From Anaerolineales bacterium (GTDB lineage: Bacteria; Chloroflexota; Anaerolineae; Anaerolineales; Villigracilaceae): a stretch of 35,003 bases of DNA. Shown in pieces: positions 25,915 through 35,003 of this stretch; position 1 is the first letter of the stretch, and every line of letters starts with the position of its first letter. The notes under the pieces were generated by a model, which made no database searches, had not been told where the DNA came from, and saw nothing but the letters and a program-made list of their open reading frames with translations. The DNA lies in the NCBI GenBank assembly GCA_034434265.1, contig DAOTZP010000425.1, positions 1-35,003 on the forward strand, in the 5' to 3' direction. The translations under genes were made by a program, and so were the position numbers.

Positions 25915-26284
25915 AACTTTTCCACGCGGCGGCTGCCAGCAGCAGCCATCCTGTCACAAAGGCAACGCCGCCCAGCGGGGTGATGTACCCCAGCCGTAAG
26001 TTGCTGAATGCCATGATGTATAAACTTCCCGAAAAGAGCGCCACGCCCGCCACAAAAGACCAGCCCGCACATTTGATGAGATTTGCCTGCGCGGGAAAAT
26101 AGGTCAGCGCCCATGCGGCGGCAAGCAGCGCGAGCGCGTGATACATGTTATACCGCGCGGCTTTTTCCATCCATTCGAGCTGTTTGGCGGACATGAACTG
26201 TGTTGCGCCGTGCGCGGCGAATGCTCCCATGCCGACGGAGAAGGCGGCTAGCAGAGAACCAATGGAGAAAAAGAGGTTGGACAT
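25913..26284 (-). CDS. DUF423 (YgdD/TMEM256) membrane protein
   Basis: GAFAAHG, A.RY.MYHALA, LFSGSLY, ITPLGG. Confidence 0.92.
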   Translation of the reverse strand: MSNLFFSIGSLLAAFSVGMGAFAAHGATQFMSAKQLEWMEKAARYNMYHALALLAAAWALTYFPAQANLIKCAGWSFVAGVALFSGSLYIMAFSNLRLGYITPLGGVAFVTGWLLLAAAAWKS

Positions 26285-26293
26285 ATTTTATGT

Positions 26294-26899
26294 TTATCCG
26301 TATTTGAATCCGGCAATGAAGAGCGCGGTGGTTATGAACAATAGAACGGGGAATAACTTGATTGTTTTTTCACGCGGCAGGAGGGGCTTGCCCGCTTTGA
26401 GGAAAGAGAGCAAAAGCCCAAGAATGCCAATGGACGCGCCTCCCAGTCCGACGAGCAAAAACAGCGGAGCGGAATCCGCTTGCAGGACGGCAAAAAACGG
26501 CAGCAGGAAAATCATCATGCCGGAAATGCCGTGCGTGACGGCAATGACAATGACGGGCAGTTTGTTTTGGAGTGTAAAGGAGCGCGTGATAATGACGGCG
26601 ATAAAACTGACGATTGAAAACGAAAGATACAGATTGCGCCATGCTTCAAGGCGCTGCCAAACCAAGCCAAGCGAAAGCGTAAGCGGAATGATGGTGGAAA
26701 AGATGACCACAATCGGCAGTTCCAGCACATCCAAACCGAGAATGATGATAAGCAGGCAGGCTACCAGTAAAACGCCGAAGGCAATGGTATATGCGGTGAT
26801 GGCGACTTTGTCCATCCGGTCTATACCGATGGCGATTTGATACGCGGCAAGAAAAACAGTAAAAAACAATAAAGTTCGGTCGAGGGAGGAAAGTTTCAT
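26294..26899 (-). CDS. Hypothetical polytopic membrane protein (~7 TM)
   Basis: 201 aa, highly hydrophobic; starts immediately after the prenyltransferase stop. Confidence 0.8.
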   Translation of the reverse strand: MKLSSLDRTLLFFTVFLAAYQIAIGIDRMDKVAITAYTIAFGVLLVACLLIIILGLDVLELPIVVIFSTIIPLTLSLGLVWQRLEAWRNLYLSFSIVSFIAVIITRSFTLQNKLPVIVIAVTHGISGMMIFLLPFFAVLQADSAPLFLLVGLGGASIGILGLLLSFLKAGKPLLPREKTIKLFPVLLFITTALFIAGFKYG

Positions 26900-27751
26900 T
26901 TAAGGAATAATCAAGAGCATGGCAAAGGTCATATACATCGAGGCGTATTTGAACAGGCTGAAATTAACGCGCTCGGAGGGGCGGAATACGGTGGTGACGG
27001 CAAGGAAGAACAGCCCCGCGCTCAGCACGATGATGACTCGCAGCACGCCCGCGGTGACGCCAATCCACATCGCGGCGAGTCCCATTGTAAGCGCGGCAAT
27101 GACGCTGGAAAAAGCAATCGCAAAACGGGTGACGGCTTCGCCGTAGGTGGAAGGGAAGGTGGGGACGCCCGCGTTGTTGTAGTCGTCAAAAAATTTGAGG
27201 CTGAATGTCAAAGTGTGGGTGGGAATCCAGAACAAGACTGCGGCGGCGAGCAGAATGCCAATCAGGTCAATTTGCCCGACGGCTAAAACGCGCCCGGAGA
27301 GGATGGGCATGGCGCCGGAGATTCCCCCCCAGACGATGCTCCAACAGGTGCGGCGTTTGAGCCAGATGCTGTACACGACCACATCGAAAAACAACCCGGC
27401 AAAGACGACGATGCCGTACAGCCAGTCAATCATCAGCGCCCAGCCAATGCCGATGGCTGAGACAATCATGCCGAGCGTGAAGACTTCTTTTTGCGTCACC
27501 TGCCCGGCGGAGGTGGGGCGTTTGTGCGTGCGTTTCATTTTTGCGTCAATGTCCCGGTCCCACCACATGTTGAGGATGGTGGAGCCTGCAATGGCAAGGA
27601 ACAGGCTGGGGAGCATTTGCAAAAAATCCTTCCAGACGATTTCGGTGTGCGCGCTGAGGTAGCCCGCCACGCCGGTGAGTAACAATAAACTTGTTTGCAG
27701 GGATTTGATGAGCGGGAGATAAAGCTTTGTCTTTTGAATGATGAGTTGCAT
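26900..27751 (-). CDS. ctaB: Protoheme IX farnesyltransferase (heme O synthase)-like UbiA prenyltransferase
   Basis: NMWWDRDIDAKMKRT..RP, WLKRRT, GGISGAMP, DDY..AGVP; SD AGGAG. Confidence 0.85.
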   Translation of the reverse strand: MQLIIQKTKLYLPLIKSLQTSLLLLTGVAGYLSAHTEIVWKDFLQMLPSLFLAIAGSTILNMWWDRDIDAKMKRTHKRPTSAGQVTQKEVFTLGMIVSAIGIGWALMIDWLYGIVVFAGLFFDVVVYSIWLKRRTCWSIVWGGISGAMPILSGRVLAVGQIDLIGILLAAAVLFWIPTHTLTFSLKFFDDYNNAGVPTFPSTYGEAVTRFAIAFSSVIAALTMGLAAMWIGVTAGVLRVIIVLSAGLFFLAVTTVFRPSERVNFSLFKYASMYMTFAMLLIIP

Positions 27752-27817
27752 GGAATACTCCTGAAAGAACGCGGTACAGCGGGCAAGTATACCAGCTGTA
27801 TATGATGAAGATTTAAG

Positions 27818-27852
27818 AAAAAAACAGGGCTTGCGAAGAAGCCCTGTTTTTT
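27818..27852. terminator. Bidirectional intrinsic terminator after the AOR gene
   Basis: A7-CAGGGCTT-loop-AAGCCCTG-T6. Confidence 0.88.
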
Positions 27853-27869
27853 GCGGGTGATGCGCGGGG

Positions 27870-29693
27870 TTACAGAATGCCGAGTTCTTTCAATTTTGCT
27901 TCCGGCACAACGCCGTTGACCCAGCCGCGTTTTTCGTTGTATTCGGAGAGCATTTGCTCAAGTTCGCAAACGTGACCTTGCGAGCCGGGCTGGGTGGAGG
28001 CTTCTTCCAGGAAGCGTTTGGGCAGGTAGTCGGAGTTTTCGCGGAAACCAGCCAGATTGTTGTAGTAGCGTTCAAGGTTGTAGATGCGCTCGCCGGTTTT
28101 GAGGACGTCGTCTGCGGTGAATGGCACGCCGGTCATGGCGGAATATTGCATGGCGTATTCTTCCGCGCCCATGGCAAACGCGCTGAATTTGCACAGGTCC
28201 ATGCTGTCGGAGAAGGCGTGGACGTTTTGGAAAATCATCACCAGTTCGCCTTTGCCTTTCCATTCCAGCGGGTCCACTTTGAGGGAGTTGAAGGGCATGA
28301 CGCCGAGTTCGGCTGCAGGGGTGTAGGCGCGGAGGTGGCACGCGCCGCGGTTGGACGTGGCGTAGGCGATGCCCATGCCTTTCAAGCCGCGCGGGTCGTA
28401 GGCGGGGATGCCCTGTCCCTTGACAGTCATGGCGAGTTCGGGGTGTCCGAAGTGGGCGGCGGTTGCGTCTGCGCCGTTTGCCATCACGTCGCCGAATCCC
28501 TTGCGGTAGGCAATCATTTCCGCGGCTTTGGTCATGCCGTCGGGGTCGCCCCAGGCGATGGTGCCGCTGCCGTTGGCGTAGCCTTTTTCGCTGGCTTCCA
28601 TCCAAATCGCGATGGGGTGACCAATTTCAATGGCGTCCATGCCGAAATCATTGCACAGGTCAATCATCTTGGCAACAAGGCGGGCATCGGAGTTGCCGCA
28701 GTTCGCGCCGACGGACCAGGCGGGTTCGTATTCCACCGATTCCATGCGCAGACCGGCATACGGTCCGTCTTTGATTTCCACTTCCTTCTTGCAGGCAACC
28801 GGGCAGGCGTGGCAGGTGGGGTTATCCACCAAAATATTGGCGTTGACCCATTCACCGGCGATGGTTTCCGCGCCTTCGCCAAAGGCGGTCAGCGTGCTGT
28901 TTTTTGTGGGCAGCGCGCCAATGCTGTTGGTGATGTTCATTAATACGTTGGTGCCGTACACGGAAAGTCCGCCTTTGCGCGGGGAGGTGATGTTCTCTTC
29001 CGCCATGATGTTTTTGAGCGAGCGTTCGTGCGCGGGTTTCCATGCGTCGCGGTCTGCGGCTTTGGTGAGTTTCTTTTCGGCTTTGATGACAATGGCTTTG
29101 AGCATTTTGCTTCCGCCCACGCAGCCGGTGCCGCCGCGTCCGCTGGCGCGGTCGTTTTCGTTCACCCAGCACGCAAACTTGACCAGGTTCTCGCCCGCAG
29201 GTCCAATGGCGATGACGGTTAAGTCTTTTTCGCCGTATTTTTCCTTGAAGTATTTAACAGTGTCGTGAACGCCTTTGCCCCATACTTCCGAGGCGTCGAG
29301 CAGTTCCATTTGGTCGTCATGGATGTATGCATAGGTCGGCTTTGCAGCCTTGCCTTTGAAGACCAGCCCGTCGAAGCCAGCCCAGCGCAGGCGCGCCGCA
29401 GACCAGCCGCCGTGATGCGAATCGGTGACTGTGCCGGTTAATGGCGATTTGGTGACGATTGCCATGCGTCCGCTCATGTTGGCTTCTGAGCCGGTGAGGG
29501 GACCGTTCATGAAGCATAAAATGTTGTCCGGGGAAAGCGGGTCAACTGTGGGTCCGTTGTCAAAAACGAACTTGACGCCCAATCCGCGTCCGCCGATGTA
29601 TTTCTTGGCGTCTTCTTCGGGAACGGGTTTGTACTCCACCTTTCCCGCCGTTAAATCAACCCAAGCAATACGATTTGCATAGCCGCCTAACAT
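27870..29693 (-). CDS. aor: Aldehyde:ferredoxin oxidoreductase family (tungstopterin) enzyme
   Basis: YIGGRGLG, KSPLTG, GRGGTG.V.GSK.LKA, CHACPVAC Fe-S ligands, EYE, YDPR, RGACH; SD AAGGAG 6 nt before ATG 29693. Confidence 0.95.
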   Translation of the reverse strand: MLGGYANRIAWVDLTAGKVEYKPVPEEDAKKYIGGRGLGVKFVFDNGPTVDPLSPDNILCFMNGPLTGSEANMSGRMAIVTKSPLTGTVTDSHHGGWSAARLRWAGFDGLVFKGKAAKPTYAYIHDDQMELLDASEVWGKGVHDTVKYFKEKYGEKDLTVIAIGPAGENLVKFACWVNENDRASGRGGTGCVGGSKMLKAIVIKAEKKLTKAADRDAWKPAHERSLKNIMAEENITSPRKGGLSVYGTNVLMNITNSIGALPTKNSTLTAFGEGAETIAGEWVNANILVDNPTCHACPVACKKEVEIKDGPYAGLRMESVEYEPAWSVGANCGNSDARLVAKMIDLCNDFGMDAIEIGHPIAIWMEASEKGYANGSGTIAWGDPDGMTKAAEMIAYRKGFGDVMANGADATAAHFGHPELAMTVKGQGIPAYDPRGLKGMGIAYATSNRGACHLRAYTPAAELGVMPFNSLKVDPLEWKGKGELVMIFQNVHAFSDSMDLCKFSAFAMGAEEYAMQYSAMTGVPFTADDVLKTGERIYNLERYYNNLAGFRENSDYLPKRFLEEASTQPGSQGHVCELEQMLSEYNEKRGWVNGVVPEAKLKELGIL

Positions 29694-29807
29694 AGTCATC
29701 TCCTTTTTGGTAAATGATAATAGAACAGCCGTTGCGCTGCTCATTCTGACTTAAAATAGCATTTGAAAAAATGAAAAGCAATATTTAAGTTTTTCTTTAA
29801 TCGTATC

Positions 29808-29823
29808 AGTGACATTTGTCATA
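29808..29823. promoter_or_regulatory. Possible CRP/FNR-family operator upstream of aor
   Basis: AGTGA-CATTTG-TCATA resembles TGTGA-N6-TCACA. Confidence 0.35.
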
Positions 29824-29860
29824 TCAAATTAAAATTGCCGCCTGTATTCCGCGCAACGCG

Positions 29861-29869
29861 TGCTATAAT
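29861..29869 (+). promoter_or_regulatory. Extended -10 promoter of the tRNA
   Basis: TGcTATAAT 9 nt upstream of the tRNA 5' end. Confidence 0.75.
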
Positions 29870-29878
29870 GTGCCTGTT

Positions 29879-29952
29879 GGGCGCTTAGCTCAGTTGGTTA
29901 GAGCACCTCGTTTACACCGAGGGGGTCGGGGGTTCGAGTCCCTCAGCGCCCA
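29879..29952 (+). tRNA. tRNA-Val(TAC); CCA not encoded
   Basis: Acceptor stem GGGCGCT/AGCGCCC, D-arm AGCTCAGTTGGTTAGAGC, anticodon arm CCTCG-TTTACAC-CGAGG, T-loop GGTTCGAGTCC. Confidence 0.97.
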
Positions 29953-29956
29953 CTTT

Positions 29957-29982
29957 TCCCGCGCAAGCGGGATTTTTGTTTT
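29957..29982 (+). terminator. Intrinsic terminator of tRNA-Val
   Basis: TCCCGC-GCAA-GCGGGA followed by TTTTTGTTTT. Confidence 0.8.
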
Positions 29983-30005
29983 ACAAAGACATTACGGAAC
30001 GAAAT

Positions 30006-30046
30006 AAAAAAACTCACGTCCCGTCAATTATCCGGCGGACGTGAGT
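30006..30046 (-). terminator. Intrinsic terminator of the adenosine deaminase gene
   Basis: ACTCACGTCC/GGACGTGAGT 10-bp stem with a U tract on the minus strand. Confidence 0.75.
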
Positions 30047-30071
30047 CAAAGTTCAAAATCAACAAGATGGT

Positions 30072-31115
30072 TCAGGCTATCTGCAATTCTTTCTTTAATG
30101 AAGCAACCAGGCTTTTCTTTTCATCTTCTTTGAGAAAGGATGCCTGCGCGGCGTTGAGGATGGTCTGCTTTAAACTGTTGATTGGGACTTTCATTTCCTG
30201 ACAGGCATGCTGGTATTCATGCGAAAGGGTAATGCGCGACACGCTTGGGTCATCGGTGTTCACTGTCACATTCAGTCCCGCTTCCATCATTTTGGGCAGC
30301 GGATGTTCCGCCAGCGATTTGACCACGCCCGATTGATAATTGCTGGTGACGCAAACTTCAAATGTTGTATTGCGTTCCTTTGCGGCGGCAGTTACGTTTG
30401 CGTCTTCCAGCACACGCACGCCATGACCAATTCGCTCGGCGCTGAGGTATTGAATGGCTTCGTAGATGTTTTTTGCCGGTCCCCATTCCCCCGCGTGAAT
30501 GGTGACATGCAAGCCCGCCTGATGCGCTTCGTGAAAGATGTCAAAAAACGGAATTGCGGAAAATTCCGCTTCGTTGCCAGCCAGGTCAATGCCCAGCACG
30601 CCGTCTTTGATGTGGTCGGCGGCAAGCCACGCAACCTGTTCCGCCAGTTCGGGACTTTCATGCCGGTTGACCGAAACAATCAACCCGACTTTGATTTTGA
30701 ACTTTTGTGAGGCTTCCTTCGCGCTGGCAATCACCCAATCCATCACGTCGTGCAACGGAAAGCCCTCCGCGCGGCTTAATGCAACGGGCGTGAAGCGCAA
30801 CTCCATGTAACGGACGTTGTCCTTTGCCGCGTCTTCAATCGCTTCCTGCGTCACGCGGTGAATCACATCCGGCGATTTGTAAAACAACCGCAATGTCTTG
30901 AACTTCTCCAAAAAGTTGGTGAAGGTCATCGGGTCTTTGTCTTGCACCTGCACCAGCCCGCTCAGGTTGAACATGCTGGCAGGCACGGTCACCCCGTGCT
31001 GCCGCGCGATGTCCAGCATGGTGGTCAAACGCAAAGACCCTTCGAGATGGCGGTGTAACTCCACCTTGGGAAGGGAAAAAAATTGATTGAGCGGGGTGGT
31101 GTCGTTGCGAAACAA
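30072..31115 (-). CDS. add: Adenosine/adenine deaminase family protein
   Basis: LPKVELHRHLEGS, DLAGNE, HAGE, RIGHG, NTDDP; TTG start with GAGG upstream. Confidence 0.92.
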   Translation of the reverse strand: MFRNDTTPLNQFFSLPKVELHRHLEGSLRLTTMLDIARQHGVTVPASMFNLSGLVQVQDKDPMTFTNFLEKFKTLRLFYKSPDVIHRVTQEAIEDAAKDNVRYMELRFTPVALSRAEGFPLHDVMDWVIASAKEASQKFKIKVGLIVSVNRHESPELAEQVAWLAADHIKDGVLGIDLAGNEAEFSAIPFFDIFHEAHQAGLHVTIHAGEWGPAKNIYEAIQYLSAERIGHGVRVLEDANVTAAAKERNTTFEVCVTSNYQSGVVKSLAEHPLPKMMEAGLNVTVNTDDPSVSRITLSHEYQHACQEMKVPINSLKQTILNAAQASFLKEDEKKSLVASLKKELQIA

Positions 31116-31185
31116 TCTGCCTCTAAAAAGCGCTGTTGTTTAAATTTTACGCTCTTTGCCGCAAAATACTGATGAGACAAAAGAA

Positions 31186-35001
<3,816 letters not shown>

Positions 35002-35003
35002 GG

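Noticed and set aside
29816..30007. 63-aa ORF spanning the tRNA
   Set aside because: It overlaps a canonical tRNA-Val and is spurious.
29879..30071. Integrative element at tRNA-Val
   Set aside because: No integrase and no duplicated tRNA 3' end noticed; only terminators lie between the tRNA and add.

Overview
A gene-dense chromosomal segment, mostly housekeeping. Gene content and protein style (archaeal-type Asd, translin, NBR1-Ig lipoprotein, RecG with an N-terminal extension, expanded SecA) suggest Chloroflexota, probably Anaerolineae; this is inferred, not searched. Left to right: (-) amphi-Trp protein, asd and aspartokinase under a sigma70 promoter plus an unannotated 27-codon Met/Thr leader peptide with a full attenuator; a UPF0175-HisKA-degenerate-ATPase fusion; (+) TPR membrane protein and rhomboid; (-) GT2, SAM methyltransferase, a 733-aa degenerate DNA-methylase-like protein and a lipoprotein; (+) a pseudo-receiver/GAF protein and a hybrid kinase; (-) ssb, DUF3467, translin/TRAX, membrane protein and Rcl/DNPH1-like glycosidase; FAD oxidoreductase, response regulator, ABC exporter; (+) degV, recG, coaD, a DivIVA/SepIVA-like protein and an AI-2E transporter; (-) aldehyde:ferredoxin oxidoreductase, heme O synthase-like prenyltransferase, membrane protein, DUF423; tRNA-Val(TAC); adenosine deaminase; partial secA. 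Non-coding highlights: two copies of a ~147-bp MITE-like palindrome, a 7/8-mer inverted tandem-repeat array between the aspartokinase and asd genes, a candidate anti-Shine-Dalgarno sRNA, and several apparently leaderless transcripts. No CRISPR array, prophage, integrase or transposase was seen. All family calls come from motif recognition by eye.
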